Origin: Lachnospiraceae bacterium
GTDB lineage: Bacteria; Bacillota; Clostridia; Lachnospirales; Lachnospiraceae
Length of the DNA: 64,000 nucleotides
Reading direction: 5' to 3'
Assembly (NCBI GenBank): GCA_022510745.1
Contig: JAFLSY010000005.1
Coordinates: forward strand, 153,427 to 217,426
Below are positions 55,846 through 64,000 of this stretch, in pieces. The position numbers and the translations under genes were made by a program. Each line of letters opens with the position of its first letter. Position 1 is the first letter of the stretch. The notes beneath the pieces are model-generated. The model was given only the letters and a program-made list of their open reading frames with translations, did no database searches and was not told where the DNA came from.

Positions 55846-56283
55846 ATGGTAATTGGAATTTTTGGTGAGAGCTGTACGGGCCAATCTACCCTTGCCGACA
55901 AATTGAAAGGGAGCATAAATGCACAGATTTATACCGGCAAGGATTATCTTCGCCTGGAAAAGAATGAAGTTGCAGCAAAGCAGTCTTTTCAGGCGAAGTT
56001 GCGTGAAGCAATCAATGGGGAGAATATCATCTATGTGATTTCGGAAAAAGAACACTTGTCGCTATTGCCGGATGGTAGTATTCGTGTTTTGGTAACAGCG
56101 GATTTGGAAACCATAAAAACACGATTTGCTGAGCGAATGCACGGTAATCTGCCAGCCCCAGTAGCAGCTATGTTAGAACGAAAGCATGGCTGTTTTGACA
56201 CGGAGCCACATGACATCCATGTAATTTTTGGGCAAACGAGTGTAGGAGATGTATGTAGAAAGATTGCAGCTATAAACATTTAA
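55846..56283 (+). CDS. P-loop kinase-like protein with non-canonical Walker A (GESCTGQST)
   Basis: 145 aa of small-kinase size. The Walker A lysine position is occupied by Gln. Confidence 0.45.
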   Translation: MVIGIFGESCTGQSTLADKLKGSINAQIYTGKDYLRLEKNEVAAKQSFQAKLREAINGENIIYVISEKEHLSLLPDGSIRVLVTADLETIKTRFAERMHGNLPAPVAAMLERKHGCFDTEPHDIHVIFGQTSVGDVCRKIAAINI

Positions 56284-56319
56284 TGGGGGTGGGTTTTGTT
56301 GCATAAAGACGAATAGGTA

Positions 56320-56454
56320 TTGTGTCCGATTTGCAGGAGCAAGACGCGGATTAAGATACGCCCTAACACGGTGCTTGAAAATTTCCCGCTATTCTACCCG
56401 AAGTGCAAACAAGAATCATTAATCAATGTAAAAAAGTTACATACATCAGTTTAA
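56320..56454 (+). CDS. cysteine-rich KTR-type small protein, N-terminus disrupted by in-frame TAG
   Basis: CPICRSKTRIKIRPNTVLENFPLFYPKCKQESLINV matches the Cys-rich KTR pattern. Upstream in frame: TTG TTG CAT AAA GAC GAA TAG(56314) GTA TTG. Confidence 0.5.
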   Translation: MCPICRSKTRIKIRPNTVLENFPLFYPKCKQESLINVKKLHTSV

Positions 56455-56562
56455 TAAAACAGCATGAAAATAAAATCTAAAATGGAATATGAAAAAAGAA
56501 GATGGAATTTACATAAACTTAGGATAGAAGAAACCGACAAAATACAGCCTATTGGACACATC

Positions 56563-56610
56563 AAGGTGTATTGAAATGAAGTAAAAAACTTCAATTCGAT
56601 ACACCTTTTT
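56563..56610 (+). terminator. intrinsic terminator preceding module copy 2
   Basis: AAGGTGTAT...ATACACCTT stem with an inner TGAAGT-AAAAA-ACTTCA hairpin, followed by a T-run. Confidence 0.6.
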
Positions 56611-56640
56611 CGTTACAAAAAATTACTGTTTTTTCATACA

Positions 56641-57365
56641 AAGGGGGTGCAGGGGGATATGCCCTCTGCAAGCCAATTTTTTCAAGTTTCCGATTAGGAC
56701 AAACTTGGGAAAATTATGCCTGTGGACATCCACAGGCAGTGCTTGCTATGTCACTTCAAACTTTCCATAAGGAGTTTGCGGTTTTTTTGGTGGCATAGGC
56801 AGTCTGTCCAAAAACCATACAGGCGTTAATATCAAATTTTTTAAATAATTTTTTCTAAATAGGCAAGTTTTTTGCGTATTTATCATTTAGAATGATGTCA
56901 TACAAATTATTTTAAGAAAGGTACTCTCTAGGGACACTTCATTTCTTTATAATCTCAGTGTGGGTATATTGTTCTTATATGCTTTTGGACTGACAGACTG
57001 AGTAGATAAAAACTGAATATTGTTTCACATACAGAACGTGAGGATATGTGTAGCCACTATGTAAGTGCGCCATGATATGCCTGCTCCGGATTAACGCTGG
57101 AGTGAGTGTGAGGGAGTGTCGGATATGGCATTAAAGCAAAGGCATGGAGCGATAGAACCTGACAAAATGCACAGCAGTTGTGCGGGGCGATGAAGCATAT
57201 CCGTGATAATAATACTTCTGGATTTTAGGAAGAAAATTCAGTCATGAAATGACGGTGCGATTCCGATGTGGGCAGAGTGCTGACCTGCCACTTGTATGTG
57301 AATTTATGGAATGAAAAATGTGTGGGTATAGCAGAGGATATGCACTCTCTTAGATGATAAAAATC
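56641..57365 (+). ncRNA. candidate large structured noncoding RNA / conserved noncoding module, copy 2
   Basis: Aligns with 48210-49012 but lacks the 70 nt repeat insertion. No ORF of 60 aa or more lies on either strand between 56284 and 57615. Confidence 0.45.
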
Positions 57366-57492
57366 AACATGGAAAACACACCAGGATTTACAGCGAAAGT
57401 GCAGGAGGGAGAGGAATAATGTGGAGCATAAGAGAAAAATATATTATGATGATCTAAAGGATAATACTGCCTTCAAACACTGCAATGATGTT

Positions 57493-57594
57493 ATGAGCAG
57501 ATTAATACTGAAATACGAATCGGATATACTGACAAAGTTAGGTTGTAAAGAAATGCCAAACACACATTGCAAAGAAACGGGTATTGTGCTATGA
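57493..57594 (+). CDS. small hypothetical protein (33 aa), homolog of 49140-49277
   Basis: MSRLILKYESDILTKLGCKEMPNTHCKETGIVL holds the same position relative to the module as the copy 1 ORF. Confidence 0.3.
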   Translation: MSRLILKYESDILTKLGCKEMPNTHCKETGIVL

Positions 57595-57624
57595 TACATA
57601 CATCGCAATGCGTGGGTGATCAAT

Positions 57625-57825
57625 ATGGATATAGCGAAAAGAATAACAGAACTTCGTGAAGGAACTGGTGAGAATAGAAAAGAATTTTCGACTCATACGG
57701 GGATACCTGTCCGCACATTAGAGGACTGGGAGGCGGGGAGGCGAACTCCGCCGGAATATATTCCGCGGCTGATAGAGTATCAGCTGAAGTATGAGAAGCT
57801 GGTAAAAAGCAATAAGAAGGATTAA
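57625..57825 (+). CDS. small HTH (XRE-like) DNA-binding protein
   Basis: MDIAKRITELREGTGENRKEFSTHTGIPVRTLEDWEAGRRTPP. ATG 57625 preferred to GTG 57616. Confidence 0.7.
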   Translation: MDIAKRITELREGTGENRKEFSTHTGIPVRTLEDWEAGRRTPPEYIPRLIEYQLKYEKLVKSNKKD

Positions 57826-58040
57826 ATCCGTCGAATTCGACGGGTTCAAAATAATTATAACTGTGTGGAATTCGAGACGGTTAAATTAGATTATGGGCGT
57901 TTGATCATTTTTGTGAGACCACGAAATTGCCCACTGTAGGAAAAGAAACTAAAGAGATTTGCTCGATTATATGTTGACCCGCTACGCTTGCTATTTTATT
58001 TTCCCATATTGAAAATACACAAGACGATGAGGTGAACGAA

Positions 58041-59045
58041 ATGGATGGCAGTGATGACATGAATAAAAACTCAAATGTTATTATCTATACAACCGATGAC
58101 GGTTTAACAAAGATTGAGACAACTTTTGACGGAGATACCGTCTGGTTGTCTCTTGATCAGATGTCAGAACTGTTTCAGAGAGATAAATCAACGATCTCTA
58201 GGCATATAAAAAATATATTTTTAGAAGGTGAACTATCAAGAGAATCAGTTGTTGCAAATTTTGCAACAACTGCAACTGATGGGAAAACATATCAGGTTGA
58301 TTATTACAATCTTGATGTGATTATCTCGGTCGGTTATCGTGTTAAATCTAAACGCGGTACGCAATTCAGAATCTGGGCAACCGGAGTATTAAAAGAATAC
58401 ATGCGAAAAGGATTTGCGCTGGACGATGAGCGCCTAAAGAATTTGGGCGGCGGTGGTTATTTTAAAGAATTACTTGAGCGGATCAGAGACATTCGGGCTT
58501 CTGAGAAAGTATTTTACAGGCAGGTTTTGGAAATCTATGCTACCAGCATTGACTATGATCCAAAAGCTGAAATTTCCATAGATTTTTTTAAAAAGGTTCA
58601 AAATAAAATTCATTACGCTATCCATGGGCAAACTGCAGCAGAGGTCCTCTATACAAGAGCGGATGCTGAGAAAGAATTTATGGGGCTCACAACATTTGCC
58701 GGAACACAGCCAACGCTAAAAGAAGCTGTCATTGCCAAGAATTATCTGGATGAAAAAGAACTTCGGGCTATGGGGCAGCTTGTATCCGGATATTTGGATT
58801 TTGCCGAGCGTCAAGCGGAACGGGAACAGGTAATGACTATGGAGGATTGGACAAAACATCTGGATCGTATTCTTACAATGAGCGGAGAACAATTGTTGCA
58901 AGGTAGTGGAAGTATCGCACGTATGCAGGCAGTTGATAAAGCAACCAACGAATACAGAAAATATAAAGCCAGAACCCTCAGTGATGTGGAGCGGGATTAT
59001 TTTGATTCCATAAATATCCTAAAACAAAAGATTGATAAAAAGTAA
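58041..59045 (+). CDS. RhuM family virulence-associated protein
   Basis: IIYTTDDG...VWLSLDQMSELFQRDKSTISRHIKNIF...YYNLDVIISVGYRVKSKRGTQFRIWAT is the RhuM signature. Start at ATG 58041 after GAGGTG. Confidence 0.85.
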   Translation: MDGSDDMNKNSNVIIYTTDDGLTKIETTFDGDTVWLSLDQMSELFQRDKSTISRHIKNIFLEGELSRESVVANFATTATDGKTYQVDYYNLDVIISVGYRVKSKRGTQFRIWATGVLKEYMRKGFALDDERLKNLGGGGYFKELLERIRDIRASEKVFYRQVLEIYATSIDYDPKAEISIDFFKKVQNKIHYAIHGQTAAEVLYTRADAEKEFMGLTTFAGTQPTLKEAVIAKNYLDEKELRAMGQLVSGYLDFAERQAEREQVMTMEDWTKHLDRILTMSGEQLLQGSGSIARMQAVDKATNEYRKYKARTLSDVERDYFDSINILKQKIDKK

Positions 59046-59055
59046 AAAGTGTTAT

Positions 59056-59142
59056 CCCATCATTGAGGAAGATATGGAGATGAGTTATGACGATGATAAA
59101 TATATGGAGACAGTATGTTTATTGTTCCGATCATCCATCTGA
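59056..59142 (+). pseudogene. C-terminal 28-codon remnant of a large serine recombinase plus att core
   Basis: PIIEEDMEMSYDDDKYMETVCLLFRSSI-stop parallels LPIIEEDIEMSLDNDKHVETVALLSQM-stop of the intact recombinase. The rest of the gene is absent. Confidence 0.7.
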
Positions 59143-59195
59143 AGGAATATAACAAAAATCCCGAAATCGGAGATATTTTGCCAAAATAAATTTAC

Positions 59196-59220
59196 AAATC
59201 CCGATTTCGGGATTTTGCTT
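59196..59220 (+). terminator. intrinsic terminator (probably the native rlmD terminator)
   Basis: AAATCCCGA-TT-TCGGGATTT perfect inverted repeat followed by a T-rich tract, about 55 nt after the remnant stop codon. Confidence 0.6.
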
Positions 59221-59304
59221 TGACAAGTATCAAAGCTCAGCTGTTTTCTGCCGATATATCAGCCAAAGCGAACATGAAACCGGCATTTTGGAAGGAGATA
59301 AACT

Positions 59305-60198
59305 ATGGCAATCACAATATTAGCAGCATCGGGATCGTTTGCAGTACAAGGCGGAAAGCAGACTTCATCGGCAAAACCGACGTGGAATCCGAATAAAGTA
59401 TACAAGTATCTGGAAGATATGAATCAGGGATTTCAGAATTACAAAAAACAGGCGGTTTCTTATTATCGTTCTATGATTTTGCAGCAGGAAGGCGACGGAA
59501 CGATGAGCGTGGAAGACTTGAAAAAAGAAATTAAAGAGTGGTTCCCGGAGTACACTCTGACAGATTCTGAGCCATCCAAAGTTGTTACAGGAAAATTTTA
59601 TCTTTACATAGATCAATCCCAGCTGAAGAAAATGGCGTCTGATCTGGAGTGCCGGGCGAAGGTATACGGTTTGATGGACAGCGAACTTCAAGGGAAGAAA
59701 GGCTATACATTGCAGTACAGCGACGGTAGAAATGTTACCTCCCATCTTACGGGAAGTATTTTTTCTCTGTGTGAGGTAAACCGAAAATATGCCGGCGCCG
59801 ATGGAATTCCTTATCGCGGCAGCTGCAGCTCGGATCATCCGTTTTCTTCGTCGAACTCCCACGCACAAGTCCGTAGCATGAGCTTCCTCAATGACCACAT
59901 TGACCCGGCGAAATCAGCGGCGAAAGACAGAAAGGCAGCAGCGGTGAAAGCGGCAGAAAGGGCAGCGAAGAAGCGGGCCGAACAGAAACTGGAGGCCAAG
60001 AAAGCGGCGGCAAAAGAAGCTAGTGAGAAAGAAACGGCGAAAAAGGCTGCAGCCAAGAAAGTGAAGAAAAATGAACTGGCACAGAAACGGAATGCGTTGA
60101 GAGTAGAGAGAGAAGATGAGGCAAAGGAGGCCGTTGAGGAATTGCTGGAGCGGCAGATGGAAGCAGGTGCAGGAACTTTCTTTGACACCACAGCATAA
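59305..60198 (+). CDS. hypothetical protein with Lys/Ala/Glu-rich C-terminal tail
   Basis: 297 aa ORF with a GGAGA RBS. The last ~100 aa are low-complexity KAAAK/EAK repeats. Confidence 0.6.
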   Translation: MAITILAASGSFAVQGGKQTSSAKPTWNPNKVYKYLEDMNQGFQNYKKQAVSYYRSMILQQEGDGTMSVEDLKKEIKEWFPEYTLTDSEPSKVVTGKFYLYIDQSQLKKMASDLECRAKVYGLMDSELQGKKGYTLQYSDGRNVTSHLTGSIFSLCEVNRKYAGADGIPYRGSCSSDHPFSSSNSHAQVRSMSFLNDHIDPAKSAAKDRKAAAVKAAERAAKKRAEQKLEAKKAAAKEASEKETAKKAAAKKVKKNELAQKRNALRVEREDEAKEAVEELLERQMEAGAGTFFDTTA

Positions 60199-60275
60199 GC
60201 TCCAAAATAATGAGTCTTAATTATGCTCTTACTGCATGCAGATTACGTAATGCCGACATCAAGGAAGGATAGTAT

Positions 60276-60950
60276 ATGATCCGAGCAGTGATTTTTGATA
60301 TGTTTGAAACATTAATCACTCACTACCGAAGTCCATTGTATTTTGGCGCGCAGATGGCAGCGGATGCGGGTATACCAGAGGAGAAGTTTTTAGAACTTTG
60401 GGAGCCTACAGGATATGCGCGTACGATAGGGAAAATGACACTGGAAGAGGCATTGGAGATGATTCTTCGGAAGAATCAGTGTTACTCTAAAGAAATATTG
60501 AAGACAATTGTGGATAAGCGAGTGGCGGCAAAAGAAGAGTGTTTTAGACATCTTCATCCGGAAATTATTCCAATGCTTATGAAGCTAAAAGAAAAAGGCA
60601 TCTTAATTGGATTAATCAGCAACTGTTTTTCTGAGGAGGTAGATGTAATCCGTAAAAGTGCACTATTTCCATATTTTGATGCTGCTTATCTTTCTTATGA
60701 GCAGGGAATTCAGAAACCTGACGAGGAGATTTTTAGCAGATGCATGGAAGAACTTTCCGTGAGGGCGGATGAATGCCTGTATGTCGGAGATGGTGGCAGT
60801 TATGAACTTGAAACTGCTGAAAGACTAGGCATGACAGCAATACAAGCAGTTTGGTATTTAAAAGAGGGAATGCCGCAACGATTACAAATAAATCATAACT
60901 TCTTTCAGGCGGAATCTCCGTTTAGCGTTTTAAGCTATTTAGGGGGTTAA
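60276..60950 (+). CDS. HAD family hydrolase
   Basis: DxDxT motif (VIFDMFETL), LISNC and GDGGSYELE motifs. Confidence 0.85.
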   Translation: MIRAVIFDMFETLITHYRSPLYFGAQMAADAGIPEEKFLELWEPTGYARTIGKMTLEEALEMILRKNQCYSKEILKTIVDKRVAAKEECFRHLHPEIIPMLMKLKEKGILIGLISNCFSEEVDVIRKSALFPYFDAAYLSYEQGIQKPDEEIFSRCMEELSVRADECLYVGDGGSYELETAERLGMTAIQAVWYLKEGMPQRLQINHNFFQAESPFSVLSYLGG

Positions 60951-61010
60951 GTGTTAGTGTTAATATGAGTTGTGCAAAAATTGTATCAAAAGAATCGGAG
61001 GTAAATTATA

Positions 61011-61361
61011 ATGTTATTTATTGAATACCCCAAATGCTCAACCTGTCAGAAAGCTAAAAAGTGGCTGGATACACATGGTATTACCTATACCGAGCGTCAT
61101 ATTGTTGAGGACAATCCTTCTTATGACGAGTTAAAACGGTGGCATGCGAGGAGCAGCATATCGCTTAAAAAGTTTTTCAATACCAGTGGTATGCTGTATA
61201 AGGAAATGCAGCTTAAAGACAAGTTGCCTGCCATGAGCGAAGAAGAACAATTGAAGCTTCTTGCTTCTAATGGAATGCTTGTGAAACGTCCGATTGTTAT
61301 TGATGAAGACATGGTTCTTACAGGTTTTAAAGAAGCCGAGTGGGAAGAAAAACTTTTATAA
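61011..61361 (+). CDS. ArsC/Spx/YffB family protein
   Basis: 116 aa with N-terminal YPKCSTCQKAKKWL and LVKRPIV motifs. Confidence 0.8.
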   Translation: MLFIEYPKCSTCQKAKKWLDTHGITYTERHIVEDNPSYDELKRWHARSSISLKKFFNTSGMLYKEMQLKDKLPAMSEEEQLKLLASNGMLVKRPIVIDEDMVLTGFKEAEWEEKLL

Positions 61362-61398
61362 ATATAGATGGGTAAAGTCTGGGAGATTCCCCGATCCA

Positions 61399-62841
61399 CT
61401 ACTCTCCACCTTTTGCAACCGCTCCTATCAATTCTGCCAGCCCCTGCGCCATAATGTATCTGGTGGATTCGTTGGGATGGCAGCCATCCGGCAGATATTG
61501 GGCATAATTATTACCATTGATGCCTAGCAGATTATAACTGTCATAGCAAGGCAGGCCTTTCTCATTGCAGATAGAGATTACGGAAGCGACATAGTCGGAC
61601 AGTTGTCCACCTGTGTCGGATAAGGGCTGTTGTCCGTTTTCAAAGAGAGAAGTAAAGTTTGGAGTCAGCAAGATGATCACGGCATCAGGATATGCCCTTT
61701 GTATTTTTTCAATAGCTGTGCGCAATGCGCCTTCATAGGTATAGATGTCATAAGGATCATCATTTCTTATTGGTCTGCCCATAAAATAATCGTTTAAACC
61801 AAAGTTGATCACAAAGCATTGCTGACGGTTTCGATCCGAATGTTCGAAATAGTCTGTCATTCCTGCATAAATTTGAGAATCTTCACTAAAAAGACTTAAA
61901 TCCTCTGAAAGAAAAGCATCTACGATTACCGGAAATCCGGGGTACTCATCATAATTATCCATTATAGCTGCACGGCATCCACCTTTGCCACAGTTGTAGG
62001 TGTGAGCCCCGGTGAAGCCGTTGAAGGCACCGGGAATGGAGGATGTTTCTGAGAAGGCGATCACGCTGTCACCAAAGAAAACGACATCCCATTCGGAGAG
62101 GTCGGGATATGCCGATTCCTTCTCGTTCCGACAGTCATTTACCAGTATCTCAAAATCTGTCAATGCATCTTTGTAGTTCTCCAAAGTCAATTGATATCCG
62201 TAGTCTTGATCTGAATACATGGATAAAACTTGCGCAATGCCTTCATTTGCTTTGAAATAGCTCTCATAGTTAGCATTATTGCCTACCAGCCATTCTGTTG
62301 AGTTATAAAAATAGAGGGAGAAATGGCTTTGCAGCCGCTTGTTGTTCTCACAGCGGGACATCAACGTGTTGACAAAATCGGTGTAGGCAATCATTTCCGC
62401 AAGAAATTCTTCTTCGTCAAGTCGCTTCCAATATTCAAGTGAGGGATATGCCAAAATAATCTCAAAACGTTTATCATCCCAAATATTTATCAGATTCAGC
62501 AGATCGCCGGCGGTAATGATATCAGGACGCACACCTAAATATATCGTATCTACCGCATTGCTGCTTTTGGACACTTGAACACAATATTCATACAGGGTTT
62601 TCGCATCGGGTATGCAATAGGAGGTCTTTAACAGATGGATATCACCGTCGGATAAATAATCCTCACCGGGATAGTACTTAATTGGAAAGGTGGAGAAAAA
62701 TACCGCATTGTAATTTCCCGTGTCAATTTGTTCAAAGTCGGCACTTACAAGAGCAGATCTCTGACATTCTTCGTATTGATGGACTCCACTCTCGCTCCCC
62801 GCCATAAGGGTCAATAATATAATGAATATGACTTTATTCAT
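61399..62841 (-). CDS. secreted SGNH/GDSL hydrolase family protein
   Basis: C-terminal SGNH blocks FFGDSV, NFGLNDY and DGCHPN, with an N-terminal signal peptide. Start at ATG 62841 (MNKVIFIILL) after GGAG. Confidence 0.7.
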   Translation of the reverse strand: MNKVIFIILLTLMAGSESGVHQYEECQRSALVSADFEQIDTGNYNAVFFSTFPIKYYPGEDYLSDGDIHLLKTSYCIPDAKTLYEYCVQVSKSSNAVDTIYLGVRPDIITAGDLLNLINIWDDKRFEIILAYPSLEYWKRLDEEEFLAEMIAYTDFVNTLMSRCENNKRLQSHFSLYFYNSTEWLVGNNANYESYFKANEGIAQVLSMYSDQDYGYQLTLENYKDALTDFEILVNDCRNEKESAYPDLSEWDVVFFGDSVIAFSETSSIPGAFNGFTGAHTYNCGKGGCRAAIMDNYDEYPGFPVIVDAFLSEDLSLFSEDSQIYAGMTDYFEHSDRNRQQCFVINFGLNDYFMGRPIRNDDPYDIYTYEGALRTAIEKIQRAYPDAVIILLTPNFTSLFENGQQPLSDTGGQLSDYVASVISICNEKGLPCYDSYNLLGINGNNYAQYLPDGCHPNESTRYIMAQGLAELIGAVAKGGE

Positions 62842-62991
62842 GACTAACTCCGCTATTATAATCTGTTTAGATATTCTATCATATACACAATATAAAGTAA
62901 AATATATCAAAATCTATTCGAAAAATCAATGCCGTGGTACAATAGTATGTAGTAAACATGGCGGACATATGGTAAGATACTTATTGTACAT

Positions 62992-63618
62992 ATGCTGGGT
63001 ATGGATTTTATCAAGAAGCTATTTGTACCGGATGTGCTTTTGCTTCGTGTCAAACATACAATAGAACTGGTTCGGCTTCAAGCGGATCTGGCCCGGGAAG
63101 TGGCAATAAAGGCGCAGGAAGTGATGTCACAGAATGAAAAGCAGGAGCGGATGGTCATACAGACCGTGCTGGCTTTATCCGGCGCTATTGATGCCAAGGA
63201 TTCCTATACCAACAGTCATTCCGCCAGAGTGGCGGATTATTCCAGAGAAATTGCAAAGCGCGCAGGGCTTTCCGAAACAATGCAGAACGATATTTATATT
63301 ATGGGACTGCTCCATGATATGGGCAAGATCGGCATTTCTGATACCATTATCAACAAACCCTCAAAATTGATGGACGAAGGGTACCCCGATGGCATTGCCG
63401 GTGAAGAGATTCCGGCGGAAGCAAGGATTATTGCGGTTGCGGATGCTTATGACGCCATGAGTTTCAAAAGGAGCTATCGCGGCGACTTACCTCAGGCAGT
63501 GGTTCGTTCTGAAGTGGAAAAAGGGAAGGGGACGCAGTTTGATCCTGCATTTGCAGAAATTATGCTTTCCATGATTGATGAGGATGCGGATTATCAGATG
63601 AGGAAAGGTAGACAGATA
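62992..63618 (+). pseudogene. HD-GYP domain protein with internal in-frame deletion, no stop before azlC
   Basis: HSARVADYS...LLHDMGKIGISDTIINKPSKL joins directly to GYPDGIAGEEIP...AVADAYDAM. About 45 aa, including the HHE metal ligands, are missing. The frame runs on into azlC, so the ORF is open at the window end and absent from the ORF track. Confidence 0.55.
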
Positions 63619-64000
63619 ATGGAAAAGAAAGGGCATTTTACAGAAGGGCTCAAAGATGGCGTGCCTATTGCGCTGGGTTATCTATCGGTTAGCTTCAGTG
63701 TCGGAATTATAGCACTGGCATCAGGAATCAATGTTTTTCAAGGGGCGCTTATGAGTCTTACCAATGTGACCAGTGCAGGTCAGTTCGCAGGGATTGCGGT
63801 AATTGCTTCGGGTGGAACTTTATTGGAACTTATTTTGACGCAGCTCATCATCAACTTGCGCTATGCATTGATGAGTCTGTCACTTTCACAAAAGCTGCCG
63901 GAGAAAATGCCGCTCTGGCAACGCATGATAGTAGCTTTTGCAAATACGGATGAAATCTTTGCAGTTGCCATGGGACATGCCAAAAGCTTGACATTTTCCT
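63619..64000 (+). CDS. azlC: AzlC family branched-chain amino acid transporter, N-terminal part (continues past window end)
   Basis: MEKKGHFTEGLKDGVPIALGYLSVSFSVG...SAGQFAG is the AzlC N-terminal signature. It runs off the window. Confidence 0.75.
   Translation, partial: MEKKGHFTEGLKDGVPIALGYLSVSFSVGIIALASGINVFQGALMSLTNVTSAGQFAGIAVIASGGTLLELILTQLIINLRYALMSLSLSQKLPEKMPLWQRMIVAFANTDEIFAVAMGHAKSLTFS

Larger units (their letters stand above)
52188..59142 (+). mobile_element. decayed tandem element(s) of the same rlmD-targeting family
   Basis: A left-end-like remnant lies at 53436-53540, a second noncoding module at 56641-57365 and a 28-codon recombinase tail remnant with the core GAGACAGTATGTTTATTGT at 59056-59142. 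No intact recombinase is present. Confidence 0.5.

Noticed and set aside
59365-60191. Two minus-strand ORFs (177 aa and 118 aa)
   Set aside because: They are antisense to the 297 aa plus-strand gene. The 118 aa one merely mirrors the Lys/Ala repeat as Phe/Ala/Ser repeats.

Overview
This is 64 kb of a Clostridia-type Firmicutes chromosome; the taxon is inferred from protein signatures only. No rRNA genes or CRISPR arrays are present. The core blocks are ordinary housekeeping genes: a mutS2 fragment, murG, pgi, an amino-acid ABC transporter, gtrA, the dapL-mtnN-luxS operon, a Fur-family regulator with a rubredoxin-flavin reductase, two two-component modules (one with a lantibiotic-type ABC exporter), metY, tRNA-Gly(CCC), yhaM, rlmD, HAD, an ArsC-family gene and azlC. 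Two visibly AT-richer accessory regions interrupt them. Region A (about 7.74-19.2 kb) is a decayed island. It holds three orphan genes, a RelE/HigB-like toxin with an in-frame TGA plus its HTH antitoxin, a WG-repeat lipoprotein and tandem YD-repeat lipoproteins (one decayed). It also holds a methyltransferase, GrpB and an aminoglycoside-nucleotidyltransferase-like gene, together with att-like and toxin-antitoxin-junction remnants and 33-nt direct repeats at 10009 and 19175. Region B (about 40.55-59.14 kb) starts with an apparently intact 11.6 kb large-serine-recombinase element inserted in-frame into the 3' end of rlmD. Its cargo is defence-like: a DUF262 protein, an MmeI-type IIL restriction-modification enzyme, a translationally coupled uncharacterised HEPN-like protein, an ABC-ATPase/Toprim (OLD or fused-PARIS-like) protein and a DUF1016 nuclease. 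Decayed tandem element(s) follow and end in a 28-codon recombinase tail remnant. The most unusual signal is an ORF-free module of about 0.8 kb present in two diverged copies (48210-49012 and 56641-57365), one per element. Both copies have conserved hairpins, compensatory and G-U-compatible substitutions on the + strand, and a terminator upstream. I read it as a candidate large structured RNA, with an orientation-specific ssDNA or oriT-type site as the alternative, and I cannot assign it to a known family from memory. All family assignments come from motif recognition by eye and no searches were run.
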